From contig NZ_CP046534.1 in assembly GCF_009827135.1 (NCBI RefSeq), positions 630,001 to 662,000 on the forward strand: a stretch of 32,000 nucleotides of DNA, read 5' to 3'. Positions 1 through 8,674 of the stretch are shown here, piece by piece. The stretch's first letter is position 1. Every line of letters begins with the position of its first letter. The position numbers were made by a program, and so were the translations under genes. Below the pieces are notes generated by a model, which was not told the origin of the DNA, ran no database searches, and saw only the letters and a program-made list of their open reading frames with translations. The DNA comes from Blochmannia endosymbiont of Camponotus nipponensis. GTDB lineage: Bacteria > Pseudomonadota > Gammaproteobacteria > Enterobacterales > Enterobacteriaceae.

Positions 1-254
1 TCAGATAAGTTATGACCTGAATTTGTGATAGTTTCATCTGGAATTTGCAATTGCTTGGTTTGGGCGTTGTCAAAATCGATATTAAATCTAAATAAAGCAC
101 GATCTCCTTCGTTATAAACTTGTTTGAGTATATTTTTAACATTTCTACAAATATCGTTTAAGTTTTTGTTGATTGGACGAATAAGTAATGTTTTTTTTTC
201 AGATTCGGAACAATTATTCCAATAAATAGATATAGGATGTTCATAAGAAATCAT
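1..254 (-). CDS. hisD: Histidinol dehydrogenase, N-terminal fragment (gene runs off the left edge of the window)
   Basis: Minus-strand ATG at 254-252, 4 nt after the hisG stop, and open to position 1. My translation is MISYEHPISIYWNNCSESEKKTLLIRPINKNLNDICRNVKNILKQVYNEGDRALFRFNIDFDN... It aligns with the enterobacterial HisD N-terminus (..IDWNSC....LLMRP....V.DIL..V...GDEAL..). The hisG-hisD order matches the his operon. It is absent from the ORF track only because it is truncated. Confidence 0.85.
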   Translation of the reverse strand, partial: MISYEHPISIYWNNCSESEKKTLLIRPINKNLNDICRNVKNILKQVYNEGDRALFRFNIDFDNAQTKQLQIPDETITNSGHNLS

Positions 255-258
255 AATA

Positions 259-1158
259 TTATTCCATCATTTTTTCTATTGGTAACACTAAAATAGAACT
301 AGCTCCAAGATTTTTTAAATTTTCCATTGTTTCCCAAAATAATGTTTCGTTGCTTACCATATATATTGCCACGCGATGTTGATTGCCTGCTAATGGTAAT
401 ACTGTTGGGCTTTCTGCTCCAGGTAGTAAATTAATAATTTCTTCTAGTTGTTCAGCAGGAGCATGTAGCATTATATACTTTGATTCTCTAGCTTGAATTA
501 CTCCTTGAATACGGACCATCAATTTGTTTATTAATGACTGTTTTATTGTTGATAATTTTCCAGAGCGCTGGATAAGACATGCTCTAGATCGATAAATTAC
601 TTCTACTTCATGTAATCCGTTAGCTTCTAATGTAGCTCCAGTAGAAACTAGATCACAAATTGCGTCTGCTAGTCCAGCACGTGGTGCTACTTCTACTGAG
701 CCATTTAATAAACAGGATTTAAAATTAATATCTAATTTATCTAAGTACTGTTTTAGTAGGTGCGGATATGAAGTAGCAATCCGTTTTCCTTGTAAACACT
801 TTGGGCCGTTCCATGGTTCATCTATGGGTAAAGCCATGGATAATCGACAATTTCCAAAATCTAATCGACGTAACATAATATAACAAGGATTGTCTCCTTG
901 CGCTTGTCTTGTTAACAACGCTTCTTCTAATACATTTTCTCCAATAATACCTAGATCTACTATACTATCCATAACTAAACCAGGAATATCATCATCTCGT
1001 ACTCTCATAATATCGATAGCCATGTTTTCTGAGAACGCTAGTAGACGTTGTTGTTGTAAATTGATTTTAATTCCACAGTGTTCAAGAAGTTGTTGGGATT
1101 CTCTGCTTAATCTTCCTGATTTTTGTATCGCTATTCGTAACCGTAATCTATCTAGCAT
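259..1158 (-). CDS. hisG: ATP phosphoribosyltransferase (long form)
   Basis: The 299-aa ORF is near-collinear with E. coli HisG over its full length ([12 protein letters not shown]..., [63 protein letters not shown], ends [10 protein letters not shown]). AAGG lies about 9 nt upstream of the ATG. Confidence 0.97.
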   Translation of the reverse strand: MLDRLRLRIAIQKSGRLSRESQQLLEHCGIKINLQQQRLLAFSENMAIDIMRVRDDDIPGLVMDSIVDLGIIGENVLEEALLTRQAQGDNPCYIMLRRLDFGNCRLSMALPIDEPWNGPKCLQGKRIATSYPHLLKQYLDKLDINFKSCLLNGSVEVAPRAGLADAICDLVSTGATLEANGLHEVEVIYRSRACLIQRSGKLSTIKQSLINKLMVRIQGVIQARESKYIMLHAPAEQLEEIINLLPGAESPTVLPLAGNQHRVAIYMVSNETLFWETMENLKNLGASSILVLPIEKMME

Positions 1159-1654
1159 GATATTTTACCTTATGTAAAGAACGTGCTAAAAACCAAATGT
1201 TTTAATAAAATTTTTGTGATAGAAGTACTATCAATTTTGTCAATAAGTAAAAAATTGTTTCTATTGTTAATTTATTTGAAGGATTAGTTACGATCATTAT
1301 GATAGAATAACATATGAAGCCAATTTTTTATTAAAGACATCATCATCACTTGAATATTTTAATGAATATAATTAAATTTGTATAGGGTTATATGTTATAA
1401 AGTTGTTTTATTTTGTACGTATATAATTAATATTTTAATTAAATTGTAGAATATTTGAGATTTAGTAGTTATGTTAGGGAAATAATTACAAAAATTTACG
1501 TTGTAATTATTATTGTAAATTATATAATATTGTTGTATATGTAGTATTAATAGCATTAATATAATGATATTATGATATAATTTTTATATGAGTTTCGCTG
1601 AAATAGATTATGTAATGTTTGTATAATATATTTAAAAATTAATAAGTTTGATTT

Positions 1655-3151
1655 TTAATGAGAATTAAAACATCTTTTGTAAAGATGTTGATAATATTTT
1701 TGTAATAAGTATAAAAGTTTAACTTTTTGTTCATTATCTTTATTCTCTGATAGAAGTATATTCAATTGTTCACTGTAAAATTCTGATTGATTTTTATTAA
1801 ATAGTTTATTTTTTTTATAGTTTACCCATTGTGTTTGTTCCTGGTGGTTTAAGGTGCTAGGAAAATTTCGGGCTTTATAATAGAATAACAATGATTTTAA
1901 ACGAGTATCAACGTTTTTAATGTATAAATTTTTTAATTCTTTTGGGTGAGTTTTGCGAATATTTTCAATTATTTTTTGATCAGAATTATTAAAAAAATTG
2001 TGATATAGTTGAGTGTCTACGTGAACGTTATTATGTAATTTTTTTTGATGTATATAAGATTCTATAATGGTATAAAGTGTATTTATTTTTTTACGTAAAT
2101 ATGCACTATTTTTACGTATTATAATGAAATTTAAATTTTTCAAATAATATTGATAATTAGTAGACAGATCTATAGAATAATTAGTGTTAATATTTTTTTT
2201 GTAGAAAAAGCTAATTGGTATTAAAATGGGGCATGCATTCAATCGGATTAAATATAGTGGTATTTTTTTAAAAATATCATATATTGTTATGTGATTAGAG
2301 TATAATTTTTGATGTAAAATATTTATGTTAAAATTGAGTAGGGTGTCTATATTTTCATTTAAATCACATGCTATTAAGATATTAGAATTTATGGGATGCC
2401 AATTAATTGGAGCTATATAAGTTAGAAATTTTTTGTGTTTACTATTGATTTTGTTCATTATGAATATTAAAGGGCGCATGGTATCTAAATCGATTATTTT
2501 TTTTAATTGATATTTGGTGCGATGGTTAAACAGGAACTGAAATAATTGTGGTTGGACTTTTTTTATTAGTTTTGTTAAAGTTAAAGTAGCATAGACATCT
2601 GACATAGCATTATGTGCGCTGAGGTGTTGTATAGAGTTTGCCTGGGTTAAATCTTCTAAACGAAAACTAGGCTGCTTATAAATGTTTAATGGCCATTTAA
2701 TGCCATTTGGACACAATGAATAAAAAGCGCGTAGTACATGTATTAAGTCCCATCGTGAATTTCCTTGTTGATAAGCCCATAAGTAAGGGTCATGAAAATT
2801 TCTATAAAAAATGTTTCTACTAAATTCATCATCAAAGTGGATGTTGTTATATCCAAGTATACAAGTTTTAGGTATATAGAATATTTGAGAAATGCGACGG
2901 GCAAATTCAGCTTCTTTTAAGCCGTGATGTAAAGTATATTGTGGAGTAATTTTTGTAATTAGTACAGATCTTGGATCGGGAAGATAGTCATCTGATAAAC
3001 GACAGAAGAAAATTTTTTCTTTTTCTATGGGATTTAATTTATTATCGGTACGGATTCCAGCAAATTGTGCTGGTCTATCTAATGCTGGGTTTATACCAAA
3101 AGTTTCGTAATCATAAATAAAAAAACTAGGTTGTGCGATATTAGTATGCAT
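1655..3151 (-). CDS. sbcB: Exodeoxyribonuclease I
   Basis: In the 498-aa ORF the N-terminal DnaQ-like exonuclease domain is strongly conserved versus E. coli SbcB (FFIYDYETFG, LDRPAQFAGIRTD, KTCILGYNNIHFDDEFSRNIFYRNFHDPY, SRWDL, PSFRLEDLTQAN, SAHNAMSDVYAT). The C-terminal half is much more diverged and rich in N, I, K and Y, but it keeps LLFYYKARNFP. Confidence 0.93.
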   Translation of the reverse strand: MHTNIAQPSFFIYDYETFGINPALDRPAQFAGIRTDNKLNPIEKEKIFFCRLSDDYLPDPRSVLITKITPQYTLHHGLKEAEFARRISQIFYIPKTCILGYNNIHFDDEFSRNIFYRNFHDPYLWAYQQGNSRWDLIHVLRAFYSLCPNGIKWPLNIYKQPSFRLEDLTQANSIQHLSAHNAMSDVYATLTLTKLIKKVQPQLFQFLFNHRTKYQLKKIIDLDTMRPLIFIMNKINSKHKKFLTYIAPINWHPINSNILIACDLNENIDTLLNFNINILHQKLYSNHITIYDIFKKIPLYLIRLNACPILIPISFFYKKNINTNYSIDLSTNYQYYLKNLNFIIIRKNSAYLRKKINTLYTIIESYIHQKKLHNNVHVDTQLYHNFFNNSDQKIIENIRKTHPKELKNLYIKNVDTRLKSLLFYYKARNFPSTLNHQEQTQWVNYKKNKLFNKNQSEFYSEQLNILLSENKDNEQKVKLLYLLQKYYQHLYKRCFNSH

Positions 3152-3473
3152 TAGTATAGATTTCTACATTAGAGTTGTGTCTGAATAAAATTTAAAATTA
3201 TTCATTTAGTATATTAGATTATAAATAATTTAATTGGGTTTTTATAACATGCATTGTATATATATTTTTTATGTATACAACATGTTATATATGTATATAT
3301 GAGTATTCTACATTACTACTATTACTGATGGTATAAATATAAACGATGTATAATAATACATTATATTATATGATACTGATAATATTTATTTTATTAATTT
3401 TTATTTTGCTGTAATTGGGATTATAGAAGATTGTAATGTAGAGGTTATTTAAATAAGTATAATAGGAATGATT

Positions 3474-3797
3474 ATGAATGATAATGTTAATCAATCATTT
3501 TATGATGTATTAGAGTTTGTACGGATATTTCGTCGTAAAAATAAGTTACAACGAGAAATCTTGGATAATGAAAAAAAAATCCGTGATAATCAAAAGAGAG
3601 TGTTATTATTAGGTAATTTAAGTGATTATATCAAATCTGAGACTTCTGTCGAAGGAATACAGGTGATTATTGCTAACATGCGTAATGATTATGAAGATCG
3701 AGTTGATGAGTATATAATTAAAAACGCTGAATTATCAAAAGAGCGTCGTGAATTATCAAAAAAATTAAAAAATTTTAAAGAATCTACAATTGATTAG
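3474..3797 (+). CDS. yeeX: UPF0265 family protein YeeX
   Basis: Matches E. coli YeeX almost throughout ([65 protein letters not shown]). The ORF track starts at 3468, but the AGGA at 3464-3467 abuts that ATG and sits 6 nt before the ATG at 3474, so I prefer 3474. Confidence 0.9.
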   Translation: MNDNVNQSFYDVLEFVRIFRRKNKLQREILDNEKKIRDNQKRVLLLGNLSDYIKSETSVEGIQVIIANMRNDYEDRVDEYIIKNAELSKERRELSKKLKNFKESTID

Positions 3798-3998
3798 ATC
3801 TAATAATTATTGATTAATTCTAAAATATTTATTTTGTTGTATCGCAATGAATGCTATATAGCAAGATGTTTTTTGTATCAATATAAATCAGAGCGTTATG
3901 AGCTCATAAAAATGTATGACATTTATTTTATGAACTATAACTACATACGAACGTAATATGACTCATATGAGTTATATTAAACAATTTTTTTTCAAATC

Positions 3999-4038
3999 CA
4001 GCACATTTTATAATGTGATACTGGTAATGTGCTGTTTT
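3999..4038 (+). terminator. Candidate intrinsic terminator or switch hairpin (9-bp stem CAGCACATT/AATGTGCTG followed by TTTT)
   Basis: 3999-4007 pairs with 4026-4034, 4 of the 9 pairs are G-C, and TTTT follows at 4035-4038. A mutually exclusive alternative helix exists: CCAG/CTGG plus CACATT/AATGTG using the first AATGTG copy at 4012-4017. The site is about 200 nt downstream of the yeeX stop and about 330 nt upstream of gutQ. Confidence 0.3.
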
Positions 4039-4366
4039 GGGTGTGTCTTTTATATTTTTAATTCGCTAAAAGTATGATAGTGATGAATATCAATTTTTTT
4101 TAATATATTATGTGTATATTATTATTGTGATATTTTTTGATGTTGATTAAAGTATTTGTATATTTTTTTTTATTTTGTCATTAAAATGTTATTATATTCT
4201 TGGTTGGATTCATATTAACTAATGTAGAGTCTATTTTAAAGTATTTATTGTTTATATTATATCCCATAAATATACATATTCTAATGTTAGGAGAAGAGTG
4301 TAATTTATATTTTTAATATAAGTTATTTATGGTGTTATAGTTTTGATATTTATCGTTTTGATAATT

Positions 4367-5344
4367 ATGCTAATAATTAATGATGCATTACTATTGGAAT
4401 ATGCTAAAGAAACTTTAGAGATCGAAATTAACGAAGCTCAAAGAATGTTAGATAGGTTAGATGAAAGCATTGTATTTGCTTGTCGTATATTGTTGGATTG
4501 TACAGGAAAGGTTGCAGTTTCTGGTATAGGTAAATCTGGTCATATTGGAAAAAAAATCGCTGCTTCTTTAGCTAGCACTGGTACTCCTGCTTTTTTTGTT
4601 CATCCTGCGGAAGCTTTACATGGTGATTTAGGTATGATCGGAACACAAGATGTAGTGGTTTTTATTTCTTATTCAGGTCGTGCTTGTGAAATAATTACTT
4701 TAATGCCATTATTAATAGATAGCGGTATTCCTGTAATCGCATTTACTGGTGATGTTAGTTCTCCTTTAGCTAAGGGAGCTACGTGCGTTCTTGATATTAA
4801 AATACAAAGAGAAGCTTGTCCGATGGAACTTGCTCCTACGTCTAGCACAGTTAATACTTTAATGATGGGTGATGCATTAACAATGGCTCTTATGAGACAT
4901 AGAGGTTTTAGTTTAGAGCAATTTGCTCGATCTCATCCAGGAGGTAGATTAGGAGCGCAATTATTAAATTGTGTACATCACTTAATGCGCATTGGAGAGC
5001 ATATTTCGAAAGTTTTTTATACGGTTACGGTAATGGACGCTATGTTTGAATTAAGTCGTACTGGGCTGGGATTAACTGCTATATGTGACAATTATAATTG
5101 TGTTATGGGGGTATTTACTGATGGAGATTTAAGACGTTGGATAGTTCAAGGTAAATCTCTTGATGATCCTATTGTTATAGCTATGACTAAACCTGGATAT
5201 CATATTCCAAAAGAATGGCGTGCAAGTGTAGCATTAAAAGCTTTACATCAGCGAAAAATTACTGCGGCACCAGTAGTAGATCAACTTGGAATGTTAGTGG
5301 GTTCAATTAATATGCACGATTTACATCAAGCTGGAATAGAGTAA
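4367..5344 (+). CDS. gutQ: Arabinose-5-phosphate isomerase, GutQ type (SIS domain plus tandem CBS)
   Basis: Closer to E. coli GutQ than to KdsD by eye (GKVAVSGIGKSGHIGKKIAASLASTGTPAFFVHPAEALHGDLGMI, EACPMELAPTSSTVNTLMMGDAL, FARSHPGGRLGA.LLN.VHHLM, MDAM.ELSRTGLGL, GVFTDGDLRRW, RKITAAPVVD). The ORF track starts at TTG 4343. The ATG at 4367 gives MLIINDALLLEYAKETLEIE..., which aligns with the GutQ N-terminus (MSEALLNAGRQTLMLEL), for 325 aa. Confidence 0.9.
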   Translation: MLIINDALLLEYAKETLEIEINEAQRMLDRLDESIVFACRILLDCTGKVAVSGIGKSGHIGKKIAASLASTGTPAFFVHPAEALHGDLGMIGTQDVVVFISYSGRACEIITLMPLLIDSGIPVIAFTGDVSSPLAKGATCVLDIKIQREACPMELAPTSSTVNTLMMGDALTMALMRHRGFSLEQFARSHPGGRLGAQLLNCVHHLMRIGEHISKVFYTVTVMDAMFELSRTGLGLTAICDNYNCVMGVFTDGDLRRWIVQGKSLDDPIVIAMTKPGYHIPKEWRASVALKALHQRKITAAPVVDQLGMLVGSINMHDLHQAGIE

Positions 5345-5428
5345 TTATTTAGAGTTATATTTGGTGTATTTTATAATTATGATGATTTTATATAATTCTA
5401 AAAAATGATTTTTCCATTTTCTATCACT

Positions 5429-5504
5429 TGGCTCCTCTGACTGGATTCGAACCAGTGACACACGGATTAACAGTCCGTTGTTCTACCAACTGAACTACAG
5501 AGGA
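5429..5504 (-). tRNA. tRNA-Asn (anticodon GTT), CCA encoded
   Basis: The reverse complement reads TCCTCTGTAGTTCAGTTGGTAGAACAACGGACTGTTAATCCGTGTGTCACTGGTTCGAATCCAGTCAGAGGAGCCA. It forms a cloverleaf with anticodon loop CTGTTAA and is nearly identical to E. coli tRNA-Asn. Confidence 0.95.
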
Positions 5505-5672
5505 ACCAGCATCCTATAATGTATATAATATGGGAACAGATATAATAACACAAGTATTTAATGATAATTAGTATAGTTCATAAATTATAGCAATAGTGTG
5601 AAGATAGTATATATATTTAAAAGCGATCATTGTATGTTATAAAATATAATATTTTATTGATTTTTAAATAAG

Positions 5673-5761
5673 GGAGAGATGCCGGAGTGGTTGAACGGAG
5701 CGGTTTCGAAAACCGTTTAAAGAAGTAATATCTTTCAAGGGTTCGAATCCCTTTCTCTCCG
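5673..5761 (+). tRNA. tRNA-Ser (anticodon CGA), class II with long variable arm, no encoded CCA
   Basis: Sequence GGAGAGATGCCGGAGTGGTTGAACGGAGCGGTTTCGAAAACCGT...AAGGGTTCGAATCCCTTTCTCTCCG. The acceptor is GGAGAGA/TCTCTCC, the anticodon loop is TTCGAAA and the T-arm is AAGGG/CCCTT. It resembles E. coli serU. Confidence 0.93.
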
Positions 5762-6540
5762 TTGTTCATAAAAATTAAAAGACGTTGATATTGGCGGTGT
5801 TTTAAATTTTGTTATTAAAAGAGTGATAATAATAACAAAAACAATAAGGTTATATTATTAGAGTCTTGTGCTCTTTGAAGTATAATTGTTTAAGCATGAT
5901 ATGCTATTATTAGATAATTGATGATGATATTGTTATTAATATCAAGTATTATTTGATTTTTTTGATTTTGAGATATACGTTATATTTATTATTATTGTTG
6001 TATTTGGTGTATTGAAGATTATTTATGCTATGGTGTTATTAATATGTAACAGAAGGGATGATCTCTTTTGTTCTTAGTTTATGATGTCTTATATAACTTA
6101 TATTTATATTTGTATGCAAGTATTATTAAATACACAGTGGCAAATAATAATATCACTTAGTTTTGGTTAGTTTAAGCAGAAGATTGTATGCATTGATGTT
6201 GCTATAAAGTTCATGTGCAGATTTAATTGATAGTAATAAATAATTTTTTGATGTTTACGTTTTCAACGTTTGCACTATTGTTAATTTACATTTATATCTT
6301 TAGTGTTTGGTTAACAATCATGTATAGTTATTATTAGTTGATGTGTTTTTAAATTATATATTTTTCAAGAAGATACGTTTTTATAAAAAAAATGAAAGTA
6401 ATTATGCAACAATAACATTATCAATGTGATTGCTCGAGGAATAGTTTAAATCGTTTTTTATTAATCATAAGAGTGTGTAAATTTTTTGTATATATAATAA
6501 CCAAAATAAATAAAATTATTTGTATTTGGTATAATTATGA

Positions 6541-6630
6541 CGGTGAGGAAGGGATTTGAACCCTTGATGCATAGATCTTATGCATACATGCTTTCCAGGC
6601 ACGTTCCTTAAACCTCTCGGACACCTCACC
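6541..6630 (-). tRNA. tRNA-Ser (anticodon GGA), class II, no encoded CCA
   Basis: The reverse complement reads GGTGAGGTGTCCGAGAGGTTTAAGGAACGTGCCTGGAAAGCATGTATGCATAAGATCTATGCATCAAGGGTTCAAATCCCTTCCTCACCG. The anticodon loop is CTGGAAA, and it resembles E. coli serW/serX. Confidence 0.93.
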
Positions 6631-6853
6631 ATAACTCTATGAAACAAACAATACATCATGCAAACATAATATAAAATTTTGTGTATTTTAGGTCAAGTAT
6701 GTTTGATGATAAGATTGTTTATTGTTTATTAATATTAATTAGTAATATATAATTTAATTGGGATATTTAAAAAAATTATTTATGTAGTACGTAAGAGCAA
6801 AAATCAGTTAGAAACTAGGTATTATATTAATTATATGATTGCTGTAATCATGG

Positions 6854-8071
6854 TTACTTTTGTTTATTATGATTGCTATCAAGTAAAAATTTAAAAGAAT
6901 AATATTTAAATTGAAAATATAGCCCTAATAAAGTAATTAGACCTATTACGCTTAAAACGATCCATGGCAATTGCATAAAATGTTGTTCTTTTCCAATATC
7001 GTATAACCATCCGCTACCACTATAACCTAAAGTACCTCCTAAAGCTAAACTTAATTTGCTAAAACCTATATAGCTGCTGCGTGCTTTATAATCTGTTAGT
7101 AGCGCTCCTAAAGTTTCTCTTGCAGGTTCAGCAATAATGGAACCAATGTAGAATACACTAATTAATATTAGTAGTGTATGTAAGTTTTTTACTAAACCAA
7201 TAGGAAATAAACTAATTATCATAGTTATTAATCCTAACATCAAGCGTGTTTCTAATTTGAAATGTTTTTCGCTCCACCAAGTTATAGGAATGATTAGTAA
7301 TAAAGATAAAACTGCTTCTATGATGTACATCCATTTTATATATGATAATTGTCCAGATATCTCATGAATTCGAATAGGTAGCATTAACATCACTTGAGCC
7401 GATAAAATATAATAACCAGTTAGAGTAAAAACATAAATTACAAATCGTTGATTATTGAGTACTTTTTTTATGCCTTCTAATAATGAAGCATGAGAGCTAG
7501 AAATTTTGTACGCAGGTAATCTCCAGGCATTAAAAATCCCGGCAATAAAAAACAATGCCGCTCCAGTAAAGCATACTAACTTAAAGTTATATTGTAATAA
7601 CCATGTACCCAGTGTAATGCCTATAATGGCACACATACTGTCTTCTAGCATTAATATGGAGTAAAATCTGCCTAGTTCCCATGGACGGACTAATTTAATT
7701 ACTAAGGCAGTTCGTGGTGGATCAAATAATGTTCCTCCTAATGCAGATAATACACATGATAAACATAATAGTATAGGAGTACTCGCGATGCTCATTATAA
7801 TAAATCCTAATGTTCTCATGAATAACCCAGATACAATCATAGGCTTAGCTCCTAATTTATCAGCGAAGGCGCCACTAAAAATTCCTAGTCCTTGTTGAAT
7901 AAACTGCCTTAATCCTAAAGCGAATCCTACCAAAAAAGCTCCCCATCCTAGTTGCTCGACAAAATATATTGATATAAGAGGAAAAACAACATAAAACCCT
8001 ATAACTACAAACATATTATCTATGATTAAAAAATATTTACCTAATCTTCTAGCTTTAGATATTGTATACAT
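6854..8071 (-). CDS. mdtH: MFS multidrug-type transporter MdtH
   Basis: Collinear with E. coli MdtH ([127 protein letters not shown]). The ORF track starts at 8101. The second ATG at 8071 ([13 protein letters not shown]) matches the E. coli start and has GGAG a few nt upstream. Confidence 0.9.
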   Translation of the reverse strand: MYTISKARRLGKYFLIIDNMFVVIGFYVVFPLISIYFVEQLGWGAFLVGFALGLRQFIQQGLGIFSGAFADKLGAKPMIVSGLFMRTLGFIIMSIASTPILLCLSCVLSALGGTLFDPPRTALVIKLVRPWELGRFYSILMLEDSMCAIIGITLGTWLLQYNFKLVCFTGAALFFIAGIFNAWRLPAYKISSSHASLLEGIKKVLNNQRFVIYVFTLTGYYILSAQVMLMLPIRIHEISGQLSYIKWMYIIEAVLSLLLIIPITWWSEKHFKLETRLMLGLITMIISLFPIGLVKNLHTLLILISVFYIGSIIAEPARETLGALLTDYKARSSYIGFSKLSLALGGTLGYSGSGWLYDIGKEQHFMQLPWIVLSVIGLITLLGLYFQFKYYSFKFLLDSNHNKQK

Positions 8072-8674
8072 GAGTCTCCATTTGTATATTTTTGTATACA
8101 TTATTGTTTATTATGTGTACGAAAATATTTTAAAATAATTGTGTTTTTTATTTTTAAGCATAGCGTAATTAATATATATCTTCTATTTTATGAGGTATTT
8201 AAATAAAGTAATTATTTGTATTTTACATTTTATTTTTTATGTTTTACTCAAATATGATATTTGAACATGTAAAAAATTATGTGAATTAAAGACATAAAAT
8301 TATATATAGAAAATGTTCTTTTAAGCATCATTAATGGTTTTTGTTAAAGTTAAATCAAACATTTTGAGTAGTTATTTAGTAAAAATATATGGAAATAAGA
8401 AATATAATTTTTTTATTAATCATTCGTTTGTAAGTATCATGTTGTGTGTGCATCAGTACATATACATTATATCAGAGATATATGATAATTGTAATTATAT
8501 GTGCACTGTATTAGTATTACAAATGTAAATTTTTTTAAATAAAAATTGTTATTTATAAAGCTAATTTATAAAATTACATATAACACTGTGCAATTTTTTA
8601 TAGGTTTTAATAAAAAACAGTGTTTGTGCGTTGTTATTTTCATGCTAAATTTTTAAAAATTTTTTTTTAATATA

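Noticed and set aside
890-1177. A 95-aa plus-strand ORF overlapping hisG.
   Set aside because: It is antisense to a well-supported gene and has no homology signal. It is a shadow ORF.
1338-1349. CAT CAT CAT CAC (HHHH) run in the spacer upstream of hisG, which is tempting as a his leader remnant.
   Set aside because: It is on the plus strand, opposite to hisG transcription. It also directly follows an in-frame TAA (ATG AAG CCA ATT TTT TAT TAA AGA CAT CAT CAT CAC). It cannot act as a his attenuator leader in this orientation.
4289-4303. A strong SD-like AGGAGAAGAG followed by GTG TAA, about 70 nt upstream of gutQ.
   Set aside because: The putative start is followed immediately by a stop codon, and the element is too far from the gutQ ATG to serve it. 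It is probably fortuitous or a relic.
8334-8528. A 64-aa ORF in the mdtH-murJ spacer (MVFVKVKSNILSSYLVKIYGNKKYNFF...).
   Set aside because: Its composition (I, N, Y, K, F) is what random AT-rich DNA encodes. It has no SD and no recognisable motif, and it lies where rimJ, yceH and mviM have been deleted relative to E. coli. It is most likely a chance frame.
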